Source: Candidatus Multivoradales bacterium
Lineage (GTDB): Bacteria; Acidobacteriota; Thermoanaerobaculia; Multivoradales; J023
Length of the DNA: 64,000 bases
NCBI GenBank assembly: GCA_965248925.1
Contig: CBDFLE010000006.1
Location: 1,440,001 to 1,504,000 of the forward strand
Reading direction: 5' to 3'
The position numbers and the translations under genes are program-made. Under the pieces are notes generated by a model. That model saw nothing but the letters and a program-made list of their open reading frames with translations. It was not told where the DNA came from and ran no database searches. Below are positions 20,736-30,785 of the stretch, piece by piece (positions within the stretch are counted from its first letter, which is position 1; each line of letters opens with the position of its first letter).

Positions 20736-21404
20736 TCAACGTTGCAGAGTGATACGGAAAGGCTTGGTTGACCTCTTCTCGACCCTGGTCAGCTCACGCT
20801 GGAGCTTCTTCACTATCTTTTCGAGCTCTTTCACCCGCGCAGTCAACTCGGCGCCGACATCAGAACCAGCGGCAGCCTGCAGGGCCTTCTGGATTGGACC
20901 GCGCTTGGCGGCTGCTGTCTTTTTGCCCTTGCCAGGCGCTCGTCCGCGGCGACTTTCCTCGCGCAACCGTTTAAAAATGGCGACCGCATCCGGCAAATAC
21001 CGCCGGGCACGCCCAGTGCCGGAGTGGGGAATGCTCTTGAGGTTCATTTTTACGTAGCGCAGCAAGGTCGGATAAGAGATCCCCGTCGTTTTGCCGATCT
21101 GGGTCAAGGTCAGCAAACCGCCGCTACCAGCGGCCTTCGCAGCCGGCTTCTTCGCCGCGGCCTTAGCGGGTTTGGCGGCTTTGGCCGGCGCTAGAGGGTT
21201 CTTACGCGGCCGGCCGCGACGACCGATGTTCTCTTTCTTGAGTTGGCGAAATACCGCTAAAGACGAAGTTGGGTAGCGCTGTGTTCGACCGCTTCCCTCC
21301 GACGGAATGCGATCCTGGTACAGCTTCTTGTAGCGCTGAAGCGTGGGCATCGAAATGCCAGTACGCTTCGACACCTCCGTCAGTGTGTGTAACTTGCCAG
21401 CCAT
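20736..21404 (-). CDS. Basic DNA-binding protein: two MerR/Xis-like HTH repeats, AT-hook, PAKK linker, C-terminal coiled coil
   Basis: Internal repeat LHTLTEVSKRTGISMPTLQRY..IPSEGSGRTQRY / LLTLTQIGKTTGISYPTLLRY..IPHSGTGRARRY; GRRGRPRK; AGGAG RBS. Confidence 0.8.
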   Translation of the reverse strand: MAGKLHTLTEVSKRTGISMPTLQRYKKLYQDRIPSEGSGRTQRYPTSSLAVFRQLKKENIGRRGRPRKNPLAPAKAAKPAKAAAKKPAAKAAGSGGLLTLTQIGKTTGISYPTLLRYVKMNLKSIPHSGTGRARRYLPDAVAIFKRLREESRRGRAPGKGKKTAAAKRGPIQKALQAAAGSDVGAELTARVKELEKIVKKLQRELTRVEKRSTKPFRITLQR

Positions 21405-21833
21405 TAAACGACTCTCCTTTGCAAAATACGCAGAATTGATAAGGGTAAGGGACTCAGAGCCCGCGGCTCATTCTTAGATCACCAATGGCTTTCTGTCAAG
21501 GGTCAACAACCAAGATGCACAGATGATTCGCCGCACTCAAGTCCTGACGAAGATTGAACAAACGGCCCCTACCACAGGACTACTCCTCGCCTAACAAGGC
21601 TCTACTGCACGAACAGACTGGCCTCAGCAAACGATTCTCAAGCAAGTATCGGCATGGCAGTCTGCGAAGCTCGTCCAGGTCGAATTCACGGCGTGGGGGT
21701 TTCCCCTACTGAAACTGATTGATAAGGTGGCTCTACCAGTTAACAGTAGACCAGCTGCACTGCTCGGCCTTTTACCTTCCGCGACAGCAGGTTTGCGAAG
21801 ACAGGTGCGCGAAGACAGGTGCGCGACAACGAC

Positions 21834-24800
21834 TCACCGCGGGCGCACATCCAGCGAGAAGCGTTTGATCAGATAGGACAAGGTCTGGCGGCTTACACCC
21901 AACTGACGAGCGGCCGAGGTTCGATTGCCATCACAGTCCTCGAGTGCACTCTGCAAAGTACGACGACGGGTCTGTTCGACAATCTCGTGGTAAGTGGTGG
22001 GATAGGATCCAGCAGCCGGATTGGCGTTGAACGGTAGATCTAGGTGTCGGCAATCGATCTGATCATCATCAGCCAACGTTGCCGCCACCGCCAACACGTT
22101 TTCCAGTTCACGAACATTCCCTGGCCATGAATGTTGCAACAGGGCCTGACGCGCAGCCGCGGTTAATCGTAGATTGCCGGCACCCTTCTTGCCGGCGCCC
22201 CGCGCCCTGGCGAGGAAGTAGTCAGTCAACAGCAGGATGTCTTCCCCACGCTCTGACAGTGCCGGTAGCCGCACCGTCGCCACTTTCAAGCGATAGAAGA
22301 GATCAGCGCGAAAAGTCTTTTCCGCGGCGCCTCGTTCGAGATCTCGATGGGTTGCGGCGATGATTCGCACGTCTACTTTTCGCGCGTGGCTCTCGCCGAT
22401 CCGGCGCACTTCCTTCTCTTGCAACACGCGCAGCAACGAGCCTTGAACTGAAAGCGGTAGGTCGCCTATCTCGTCAAGAAATACCGTCCCCCCACGGGCC
22501 GACTCGAATAGCCCCGGGTGATCCCGATCAGCACCGGTGAAGGCTCCTCGGCGATGGCCGAAGAGTTCTGAATTGATCAAGGTCTCGGGCAAGGCAGCAC
22601 AGTTGATCGGCAGAAAGGGACCGCCCTGGCGCGGACTATGCTGATGAACCAACCGCGCTACAAGCTCTTTGCCGGTACCACTCTGACCGAGAATCAGGAT
22701 CGGCAACTCTCCAGCCGCGAGCTTGCTAGCACGTTCCAACACCTCGGTCAGAGCCGGGCTCTTACCGATGATCCCCGACCGATGAGTCAATGGCTCTGAC
22801 AAGGTACCGACGTTGACCTCGAGCGCTAGCTGATCGTTGCCAAGGTCACGACTAATCAGCGACAGAAGGGTAGTCAAGACCTCGTCTTTCGACCCCGCAC
22901 GAAGCTCCAGTCGAAACTCTGGAGGGTGAGCAGACGGCAATTCGACCACCAACTTGTGATCCCCTCCAACCCCATCGACCAGAATTCTCTGCCGACCCTC
23001 GCGGAGCAATATCAGCCGCGCTTCTTCATAGCCAAAGTTTCTGAACAACCCGGCGATCGCCGCCGGCTCTCCCGCCCGATGCAAGTAGTCTTGCAACAAT
23101 CGCCAGCGACTCGACGAGTGGCTCTCAAGCTGCTCTGCCAGCGACCTCGCTCCGAGGCTGCGCAGAGTCGCCATGGCGCGGCGTAACCACCGTCCCGGAA
23201 CCACTCCTCGGCGCAGCAATTCGAGGTCGAATATCAACCGTGAAGCACGGCTGGGCTCAAGCCCACCGAGCTGCTCCCAGAGCCGACGCGGAGGTTCCTG
23301 GCCGAGGGCCAAGGCTTGCCACAGCTCCGACCAAGATGTCCCAGCGGCCAACTCGACGGCGCGCTCTGGCCAACCCGCCAGAGCCATTAGAGCGGGTCGT
23401 TCTTCCGCTTCGAGATCCTGCAACCCTTCGGGATCGGCGCGGCGCAGATAGTCGCGGGCTTGTGCTTGCCGTCCCAGCCAAAGATGAGCCCGAGCGGCGA
23501 GCGCGGCGAGCCCCGGCGGCTCAAGCAAGTCGGATCGACTGGCCAACCGCTCCGCCTCCCGGACATAGGCCAAAGCGCTCGCGGGCCGGCCACGGCTCAG
23601 CTCGAGCCGCGTCCACAGCTCCAAGTCGTGCAGCTGGCCGCGCAGATTGCCGCTGCGACGATTGGCCGCCACCGACGCCTCCAAGGTCTCTTCCACTCCC
23701 TCCGGCCGGCCTCGGCGCAGCCGAACTTCCGCCAGATTGAAAAGCGCCAGGGTAGTTCCGGCCGGTCCGTCGCAGGACCACAGCTGGCGCAGAGCGTGAC
23801 GGGCTGCGCGCTCCGCACCGGCCAAGTCGTCAATTAACACCCGACAGCGAGCCAGCTCACTCCACAAGCGGCCGGCGTCGCGCCGTGGCAGCAGCCGGCG
23901 TTCAGCGGTCAGCGCAGCTGCAAAATGCTCGGCGGCACCCAGCCCATCCTTGCGGCTGAGTGCCAACAAGCCTGCAACTTGGTGCCAGCGCCAAATCTGA
24001 CCAGGCAGCTCGCGGGCGCTGCGAGCTGCTTGCAGATGATCAGCCATCTCCTGCAACCGGCCGCCATCCCAAGCCGCCTCTGCTGCCAACAAGCGAGCGC
24101 GGGGCGCCAGCTCACCCCGTGCCACCCGCCGCGCTCGAGCGACCCAGGTAGCGAGACCCTCGAGATCCCCAAGATTGGCCAAAGTACGCACCGCGATCTC
24201 GGCCAGGTCGACAGCTTGAGTGGGCGAGAGTTTCTCCTCGGCCAAGCGCCGCACCGCCCGAGCCACCGCTGGCAACTCGCCAAGCTCCAGCCGACAGCGG
24301 GCGCGCAGCAATCGCGGGCCGAGGCCACGCCAGGAGGCCAGAGCTTCGCGGCCGAGGCCGAAACGGCCGAGCCGAAAAAGACACTCTGCCAGGCTCAAAG
24401 CCTCCTCGGCGCTCTTGGGCGGCTGCCGATGCCAAGCCGCGACCGCTCGTCGCAGAGCCCCGCGGCGAGCCAGATCGACCCCTTGATCACCTGCCTCGAA
24501 GCCCTCCCAAAGAGCTTTCGCGGCCGGCCCTGACAAACAGGCTTCGATCCCCGACCGATCCTTCGCCGCGCGCAACAGGCGACCCCGACAGCGGCCCGGC
24601 CCGGCGACCCAGAGCCGTGTTTGCCCGCCAAGCTGGATCTCGGCCACCAAAGCCAACCGAGCTATGGCGAAGTCGTCTCGCCATAGGAAATCAGCCGAGC
24701 GCAGCACATCTTCCACCGCTTGATCGGCCGAGACTGTGGTCAGACTCTGCCACCACTGGGCCTGCAACGCCCGCGCCGCCCGCCGCGCCTGACCACGACC

Positions 24801-25103
24801 GGCGATCGCTCCCGAGCTACGAAACACCCGGCCGAGCAGCCGGCGCAGCAGCTCCTGCGGCCGCTCAGCCTGACGCCCTGGAGCTGCGCGCCCGGTGCGC
24901 AGCTCGCCAGCACCGCTGATCTGCACCTGCTGCCATCCAGCGGGCAGATGCCAGCCAACTTGTTCTAGATGGGCGATTAGAGCAGCGCCTTGCAGCACCA
25001 CCGCCAGGCGTTGCCGGTCGGTCAAGCGAGCACTGGTCAGCGCTACCCCAGAGCCGTCCTCGAGACATCGATGATCCAGACTGCGAGTGTCGTCATTCCC
25101 CAT
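21834..25103 (-). CDS. Sigma-54-dependent enhancer-binding protein with large helical/TPR-like N-terminus and Fis HTH
   Basis: GQSGTGKELVAR, SELFGHRRGAFTGA, FLDEIGDL, FRADLFYRL, WPGNVREL, AARQLGVSRQTL. Confidence 0.92.
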   Translation of the reverse strand: MGNDDTRSLDHRCLEDGSGVALTSARLTDRQRLAVVLQGAALIAHLEQVGWHLPAGWQQVQISGAGELRTGRAAPGRQAERPQELLRRLLGRVFRSSGAIAGRGQARRAARALQAQWWQSLTTVSADQAVEDVLRSADFLWRDDFAIARLALVAEIQLGGQTRLWVAGPGRCRGRLLRAAKDRSGIEACLSGPAAKALWEGFEAGDQGVDLARRGALRRAVAAWHRQPPKSAEEALSLAECLFRLGRFGLGREALASWRGLGPRLLRARCRLELGELPAVARAVRRLAEEKLSPTQAVDLAEIAVRTLANLGDLEGLATWVARARRVARGELAPRARLLAAEAAWDGGRLQEMADHLQAARSARELPGQIWRWHQVAGLLALSRKDGLGAAEHFAAALTAERRLLPRRDAGRLWSELARCRVLIDDLAGAERAARHALRQLWSCDGPAGTTLALFNLAEVRLRRGRPEGVEETLEASVAANRRSGNLRGQLHDLELWTRLELSRGRPASALAYVREAERLASRSDLLEPPGLAALAARAHLWLGRQAQARDYLRRADPEGLQDLEAEERPALMALAGWPERAVELAAGTSWSELWQALALGQEPPRRLWEQLGGLEPSRASRLIFDLELLRRGVVPGRWLRRAMATLRSLGARSLAEQLESHSSSRWRLLQDYLHRAGEPAAIAGLFRNFGYEEARLILLREGRQRILVDGVGGDHKLVVELPSAHPPEFRLELRAGSKDEVLTTLLSLISRDLGNDQLALEVNVGTLSEPLTHRSGIIGKSPALTEVLERASKLAAGELPILILGQSGTGKELVARLVHQHSPRQGGPFLPINCAALPETLINSELFGHRRGAFTGADRDHPGLFESARGGTVFLDEIGDLPLSVQGSLLRVLQEKEVRRIGESHARKVDVRIIAATHRDLERGAAEKTFRADLFYRLKVATVRLPALSERGEDILLLTDYFLARARGAGKKGAGNLRLTAAARQALLQHSWPGNVRELENVLAVAATLADDDQIDCRHLDLPFNANPAAGSYPTTYHEIVEQTRRRTLQSALEDCDGNRTSAARQLGVSRQTLSYLIKRFSLDVRPR

Positions 25104-25215
25104 CTCAAACCTCCAACTACTCGACGACCCAGAAAGGGCCGCGAGGTCCGGTGTTTCAGCTCGCTCGAGAAGTCACACAGAACAGACTGCTCACCTTAGG
25201 TGGCAGCTCAGAGAC

Positions 25216-26517
25216 TCAATGTTCTTCGGCCAGAGGATGACCGAGTAGACTTCCCAGATCAGTCCAAAAGCCGGGATAGGATTTGGCGACCACGCCGGGC
25301 TCACAGACCCGCACACCCGCGCGGCGCAAGCCGACCAGGGCGAGGCTCATGGCGATGCGATGATCGTCCCAGGTCCGCACATCGACCGCGGTCGAGGGAG
25401 GCTCGTTAGCCGCCCAACAGCCCGCGATCACCAAACCGTCCTCACGTTCCTCGACCGGCACTCCGAGGCGCTTTAGCTCGGTCGCCATGGCGGCCAACCG
25501 ATCACTCTCCTTGAGCCTCAGATGAGGCACACCGGTGATCCGCGTCGTACCCTCGGCGAACGGCGCCAGCGCCGCCAACGTCGGGACTTGATCCGGCATC
25601 TCGCTAAGATCAGCCGTGATCGCCCGTAGGCTGCCGCCGCCAACCTCGAGCACCTTGTCTCGCCAGCTGACCTCGGCCCCCATCTGGCGCAACAGATCGA
25701 AAAAGGCGCGATCCCCTTGGTGCGATTCCTGGCGTAGACCAGTAAGCTGCACCTGGCCGCCGGCCAGCGCCGCCGCGGCGGCGGGGTAGGCCGCGGCGGA
25801 GAAGTCGCCCTCGACGATCACCGCCCGCGCCCGCAGGCTACTGGGCTGCACCCGGAAACTGTCTCGCTCCAAGCGCTCGACCCGGCCACCGAGTTCGGCG
25901 ATGGCGTCAAGGGTCAGCTCGACATAGGGCGAAGAGGTCAGCGCCACCACCTCGATCCGTACCTCGCGCCGAGCCGCCAGGCCAGCCATCAGCAGAGCCG
26001 ACAGATATTGACTCGAGGCACCCGCATCGAGCCGGGCCACCCCACCTTTGAGACTGCCACCAACGATAGCGAGCGGCGCACAGCCAGGTTCGCCCAGGTA
26101 GCTCAGCTCAGCCCCCAGCTGGCGTAGTGCGTCGACCAGCGGCCCTAAGGGTCGCTGCCGTAGTCGCGTCGACCCGTCGAGCCGCCAGCGGCCAGGAACG
26201 GCGGTCAAGGCGGCAGTCAGAAAACGCAACATGGTGCCACCGGCGCCACAATCGATGGTGCCACCGCGAGCGGGCCCAGCGGGTCGCAGACTGACCCGAT
26301 GATCGCCGCGACTCACCGCCAGCCCGCAGGCCGGCAACGCTGCCAAATAGCGGTGGATATCGTCCGAGAACAGCGGCCGCTCGAGCTCTAGCGGCAATCG
26401 ACCGAGCAATGCGAGGTTGAGGTAGCGCTGACTGAGGCTCTTCGACGCTGGCGGAGCGACGGTGCCTTCGATGCGCCCCGCCACTGGCAGCTCGATCCAA
26501 GTTGGAGAGGTCATCAT
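25216..26517 (-). CDS. aroA: EPSP synthase
   Basis: PASKSLSQR, SSQYLSALL, LRLKESDR, DDHRIAM, KSYPGFW. Confidence 0.96.
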   Translation of the reverse strand: MMTSPTWIELPVAGRIEGTVAPPASKSLSQRYLNLALLGRLPLELERPLFSDDIHRYLAALPACGLAVSRGDHRVSLRPAGPARGGTIDCGAGGTMLRFLTAALTAVPGRWRLDGSTRLRQRPLGPLVDALRQLGAELSYLGEPGCAPLAIVGGSLKGGVARLDAGASSQYLSALLMAGLAARREVRIEVVALTSSPYVELTLDAIAELGGRVERLERDSFRVQPSSLRARAVIVEGDFSAAAYPAAAAALAGGQVQLTGLRQESHQGDRAFFDLLRQMGAEVSWRDKVLEVGGGSLRAITADLSEMPDQVPTLAALAPFAEGTTRITGVPHLRLKESDRLAAMATELKRLGVPVEEREDGLVIAGCWAANEPPSTAVDVRTWDDHRIAMSLALVGLRRAGVRVCEPGVVAKSYPGFWTDLGSLLGHPLAEEH

Positions 26518-27191
26518 TGGAGCCACTCTATTTTTCGAGAATTAAACCAAGCGTCGACGATTCGCACCTCGCCATCACCCACCCGCCAGCTGTGCGGGGC
26601 GTGGAAATGCCCTAGCAGCACTACATCATGCCCTGCCGCCAAACGGCCGACGGCCCAGCCGCGAATGGCAGTTTCGGGCACCCGCATCTTGTGCTTGAAA
26701 TTGCCTCGCGAGAGCCGTTTCTCTGTAGATCCCACCAGGCGCCGGGCCAGTCCTGTCGGCAAGCCTTTGATCAACCAGCGAACGACGGTGCTCTTCGACA
26801 GCCAGCGCCAAAAAAGATACTTGCGGTCCCGATCGTTGAGCCCATCGCCGTGTACCGCCAAGTAGCGCACGCCGCCGACCTCAAAGTCGATTTCACCAGC
26901 TAAGCGGTCGAAGAGCCCGGCGTAGGGACCCTCACCGAGAAAGAAATCACGGTTACCCTCGACATAGTCGATCTCGATCCCCGCATGGCGCAGTTCGGCC
27001 AGCACCGGCAGCACCGCCCGCACCTCCTCGGTCTCGAAACTCGGGAAGCCAACCCAGACATGGAATATGTCACCCAACAGCAGCAGGCGCCGGCAACCCT
27101 GTCCGGGAAGCGCTCGCAACTGCTCGATCATCGGACCCGCGGCTCCTCCGGGCCCGCCGAGGTGGGAGTCGGCGATAATGGCGGTGGACAT
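26514..27191 (-). CDS. lpxH: UDP-2,3-diacylglucosamine diphosphatase (LpxH-like metallophosphoesterase)
   Basis: ADSHL, LGDIF, GNRDF, HGD, GHFH. Confidence 0.82.
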   Translation of the reverse strand: MSTAIIADSHLGGPGGAAGPMIEQLRALPGQGCRRLLLLGDIFHVWVGFPSFETEEVRAVLPVLAELRHAGIEIDYVEGNRDFFLGEGPYAGLFDRLAGEIDFEVGGVRYLAVHGDGLNDRDRKYLFWRWLSKSTVVRWLIKGLPTGLARRLVGSTEKRLSRGNFKHKMRVPETAIRGWAVGRLAAGHDVVLLGHFHAPHSWRVGDGEVRIVDAWFNSRKIEWLQ

Positions 27192-27193
27192 CG

Positions 27194-28279
27194 TCAGCTA
27201 ACGATCTCCAGCTTGGGAGGGCTGCGCCGAGTAACCTCGTCGACCACTGCTTGGGCGATGCGGCGAAAAGCCGTCGCGTGAGAACCGTCGGCATCAGAAA
27301 CGACGATCGGCACCCCGCTATCGCCCCCTTCGACGATCGCCGGGTCAAGGGGAATCTTACCCAGAAAGGCGGTCTCCAGCAGCTCAGCGGTGCGCTCGCC
27401 GCCGCCGCGTTTGAAGATGTCGGTGACCTCGCCACAACTCGGACAGCAAAATCCGGACATATTCTCGATGATGCCCATGACCGGCACATTGACCTTGCGA
27501 AACATCGCTAGGCCCTTGCGGGCATCTATCAAGGCCACATCTTGCGGCGTGGTGACGATCACCGCCCCCGATAGAGGCACCCGCTGAGTCATGGTCAGCT
27601 GAGCATCCCCAGTGCCGGGCGGTAGATCGACCACCAACAGATCGAGTTCACCCCAGGCGACCTCACCGAGCATCTGTTCGAGGGCGCGCATCACCATCGG
27701 GCCACGCCAGATCACCGGCGTGTCCATCTCCACCAGGAAGCCGAGCGACATCAGCTTCACGCCATAGCGCTCGAAAGGCAACATCTTCTGCCCGTCGAGC
27801 CGCGGCCGGCCATGAACCCCAAACATGGTGGGCTGGGACGGACCATAAATATCGGCGTCGAGCAGGCCAACCCGATGACCCAGGCGAGCCAGACTGACCG
27901 CCAAGTTGGAAGCCACTGTCGACTTACCAACCCCCCCCTTACCGCTAGCCACGGCAACGATGTGCCGCACTCCAGGCACCAGCTGCGGATCGCGGGCTAC
28001 CTTCTTCTGTGCCCCTTCGCGACCTGCTGGCCGGGCTACCTGGAGTTCGACAGCGACCTCCGCAACGCCGCTCACTTGCCCCACCGCGTCCTCGACGGCA
28101 CGCCGTACTTGCTCAGCGGCATCATTGTTATGGGTCGACATCTCCAGCCCAACTCCGACTCTACCGCCGTCGATGGCTACGCTGCGGACGAATCCGAACG
28201 AAACGATGTCGCGACTCATGCCTGGATATCTGACGCTGCGTAGAGCGTCCCAGACCTGTGTTTCCAGATCATTGGCCAT
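27194..28279 (-). CDS. apbC: Mrp/ApbC Fe-S cluster carrier ATPase
   Basis: SGKGGVGKST, DADIYGPS, WRGPM, DLPPGTGD, ENMS..CPSC. Confidence 0.95.
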   Translation of the reverse strand: MANDLETQVWDALRSVRYPGMSRDIVSFGFVRSVAIDGGRVGVGLEMSTHNNDAAEQVRRAVEDAVGQVSGVAEVAVELQVARPAGREGAQKKVARDPQLVPGVRHIVAVASGKGGVGKSTVASNLAVSLARLGHRVGLLDADIYGPSQPTMFGVHGRPRLDGQKMLPFERYGVKLMSLGFLVEMDTPVIWRGPMVMRALEQMLGEVAWGELDLLVVDLPPGTGDAQLTMTQRVPLSGAVIVTTPQDVALIDARKGLAMFRKVNVPVMGIIENMSGFCCPSCGEVTDIFKRGGGERTAELLETAFLGKIPLDPAIVEGGDSGVPIVVSDADGSHATAFRRIAQAVVDEVTRRSPPKLEIVS

Positions 28280-28329
28280 GCTTTGTCAAACTCCCTTGTG
28301 CCGCGGCTCGGAGGCGAGACCGCAGGCTC

Positions 28330-29121
28330 TTAGGATACACCCTGAGAAGGGGCTTCCCCGCGCAAACGCTCGACTTCGGCCCGGACTTGGACAGCCAAGC
28401 CGCGGCGCTCCTCGGCCGCAAAATCCGCCACCTCGATCGGCATGCCATAGCGCACCGTCACCGGACCTGGACGTACCCGCAGTGAGCCTGGCGGCTGCAC
28501 CGCGGCCGTGCCACTTATTCCCACCGGCACGATCGGATAGCCACTCTTCAACGCCAGCAAGATACCGCCACGCTTGAACGGCAGCAGACGACCGTCGCGG
28601 GACCGCGTTTCCTCGGGAAAAATCAGCACCGAACGGCCCCGCGACAGCCGATCGAGGGCGGCAGCGAAAGTCGCGCGACCGCTCTTACGATCGCGCCGAT
28701 CCACCGGAATGAAGCCACCAGCGTGCAGGGCCCAACCAAAAATCGGAATCTGGAACAAGCCGCGCTTGGCCATGAACCGGGTCTGCCCCGGCAAGGTGTG
28801 GATGAGGGTAGGGATATCGAAGTAGCTCTGATGGTTAGCCAGGAAGACGTAGCCTTGGCTGGGATCAAGCTCGCTCTCCCGGCTGACCTCGGGACGCACA
28901 CCAGCGAGCCACAGCCAACCACGGCTCCACATCCGGGCTAGCTGATAGGCCCAATCACCCCGCGGTGGTAGCCAACCGACGAAGCAAGCGAGAAAGCCGA
29001 AGAATAGGCTCGCCAGCACCAGATAGACATTCCAAATGGCGGTACGCCAAACCACCTCGAAAACACTGACAGAGCGGCTATCCGGCGCTGCGGCCGGCGA
29101 ATCTGGAGTCGTTGGGCTCAC
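28330..29121 (-). CDS. plsC: 1-acyl-sn-glycerol-3-phosphate acyltransferase
   Basis: ANHQSYFD, IFPEETRSRDG; GTG start estimated. Confidence 0.88.
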   Translation of the reverse strand: MSPTTPDSPAAAPDSRSVSVFEVVWRTAIWNVYLVLASLFFGFLACFVGWLPPRGDWAYQLARMWSRGWLWLAGVRPEVSRESELDPSQGYVFLANHQSYFDIPTLIHTLPGQTRFMAKRGLFQIPIFGWALHAGGFIPVDRRDRKSGRATFAAALDRLSRGRSVLIFPEETRSRDGRLLPFKRGGILLALKSGYPIVPVGISGTAAVQPPGSLRVRPGPVTVRYGMPIEVADFAAEERRGLAVQVRAEVERLRGEAPSQGVS

Positions 29122-29239
29122 GGTAAAGCCATTGTCGCCGAACCGCGGCAGCGGGTAAAGCCGGTTCGCGAGTTGCCTAGCTCGCCTCACCGAAGAGACC
29201 CCGCATACCTGCACAAGATGGCTGTTAGGATGCGCCCCA

Positions 29240-29665
29240 ATGAGCATCGTCCAGCATCCTCCCCACCGCTGGGCCCATCTGCTGCTGCAAATTGGGCTGG
29301 TGGTCGGCGCACTGTACGACAGTCTCTTCGCGCTGCTCATCGTCGCCCTGCCCGAGCTTCCTGCCCGGCTGCTCGACCTGCCGATTCCTGATGAAACCTA
29401 CTTGCTCTGGTTGCAAGCGGTATTCCTGCTGATGCTCAGCGCGATCTACCTCCTGGCCGCCTACGACCCGGTAGCCTATGGCGGCAACGTGGCGGTGGCC
29501 ATCGGCGGCCGTGGTGCCGGTTTTTTGGTGATGGCGGCAGCGGCATCGAGCAACCCCGCCTGGGCTGGTCTGTGGCCGTTGGCCCTGGCCGATCTGCTCT
29601 TCGCCGCCTGGCATGCGCTGGCCTGGGCGCCGATCCGCCGACCCGGACGATTCGGACTCCGCTGA
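29240..29665 (+). CDS. Small four-helix membrane protein of unknown function
   Basis: 141 aa with four hydrophobic segments; stop overlaps the start of the next gene. Confidence 0.7.
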   Translation: MSIVQHPPHRWAHLLLQIGLVVGALYDSLFALLIVALPELPARLLDLPIPDETYLLWLQAVFLLMLSAIYLLAAYDPVAYGGNVAVAIGGRGAGFLVMAAAASSNPAWAGLWPLALADLLFAAWHALAWAPIRRPGRFGLR

Positions 29666-30639
29666 TGGCCCGCCATATCTTGGTTACCGGAGGCGCCGGT
29701 TTCATCGGCTCGCAGGTCGTGGGGCGCCTGTTGCGGCGGGGCGACCGGGTGACAGTGCTCGACAACTTCGACGACTTCTACGATCCGGCGCTCAAGCGGC
29801 GCAACCTGGCAGCCTTTGCCCAGCATCCCAAGCTCACCGTGGCAGCAGGCGACATCCGCGACCGCCAGCTGCTCGACCGCTTGTTCGCCACCAGCCGCTT
29901 CGATCACATCGTGCATCTCGCCGGCCGCTGCGGAGTTCGTCCCAGCTTGGAGCAACCTGCCCTTTATTTCGAGGTCAACTGCCTCGGCATTCTGGCCTTG
30001 CTCGAGGCGGCTCGGCAACATGGGCCGCCGTCCATGGTGGTGGGCTCGTCCTCGTCGGTCTACGGCGCCACTAGCCACTTGCCCTTCAGCGAAGACGACC
30101 CGGCGGACCGGCCGATCAGCCCCTATGCGGCGAGCAAGCGCAGCGCCGAGCTGCTGTGTGCCAACTACCACCATCTCTATGGACTCGACCTCACCTGCCT
30201 GCGCTTCTTCACCGTTTTCGGACCGGCACAGAGACCCGAGATGGCCATCCACCGCTTTACCGACCGGCTTGCCAGAGGGCAGACCATCACCCTCTTCGGA
30301 GACGGTTCGAGCCGCCGCGACTATACCTATATCGACGACATCGTCGACGGTATCGAAGCCGCGCTCGAACTGCGCCGCGGCTTCGAGGTGATCAACCTGG
30401 GCGGTGCTGCAACTACCACCCTGGCCGATCTAGCGCGCTGGCTGGCGGAGGAGCTTGCCGTCGAGCCAAAGATCAAGTATCTTGCCGATCAGCCGGGCGA
30501 TGTGCCCGCAACATACGCTGATATTTCGAAAGCCACGAGCCTGCTGAGCTACACTCCCAAGGTTCCCATCCGAGAAGGGTTGCAGCGCTTTGTTGCCTGG
30601 TACCGCGCGAATCGCCTCGAAGCCCCCGACCCACGGTAG
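29665..30639 (+). CDS. NAD-dependent epimerase, UDP-glucuronate 4-epimerase-like
   Basis: LVTGGAGFIGS, HLAGRCGVRPS, SSSSVYG, YAASK, LRFFTVFGP..RPEMA, QPGDV. Confidence 0.9.
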   Translation: MARHILVTGGAGFIGSQVVGRLLRRGDRVTVLDNFDDFYDPALKRRNLAAFAQHPKLTVAAGDIRDRQLLDRLFATSRFDHIVHLAGRCGVRPSLEQPALYFEVNCLGILALLEAARQHGPPSMVVGSSSSVYGATSHLPFSEDDPADRPISPYAASKRSAELLCANYHHLYGLDLTCLRFFTVFGPAQRPEMAIHRFTDRLARGQTITLFGDGSSRRDYTYIDDIVDGIEAALELRRGFEVINLGGAATTTLADLARWLAEELAVEPKIKYLADQPGDVPATYADISKATSLLSYTPKVPIREGLQRFVAWYRANRLEAPDPR

Positions 30640-30785
30640 CTTGAGCTGATCATGGCGAGTTACCACCTCGAGCAACCAGGCAATTTCTAGTAGGCAAGAA
30701 GGTAAGCCCCGCACCTAATCGATTTAGCGGCAGCCCGAAGTACCCGACGGCAAGCTGCGTACAAATGTACACATAGAGTCGAATC

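Noticed and set aside
21795-21822. 14-bp tandem GCGAAGACAGGTGC x2
   Set aside because: Only two copies just past a stop codon; likely replication slippage.
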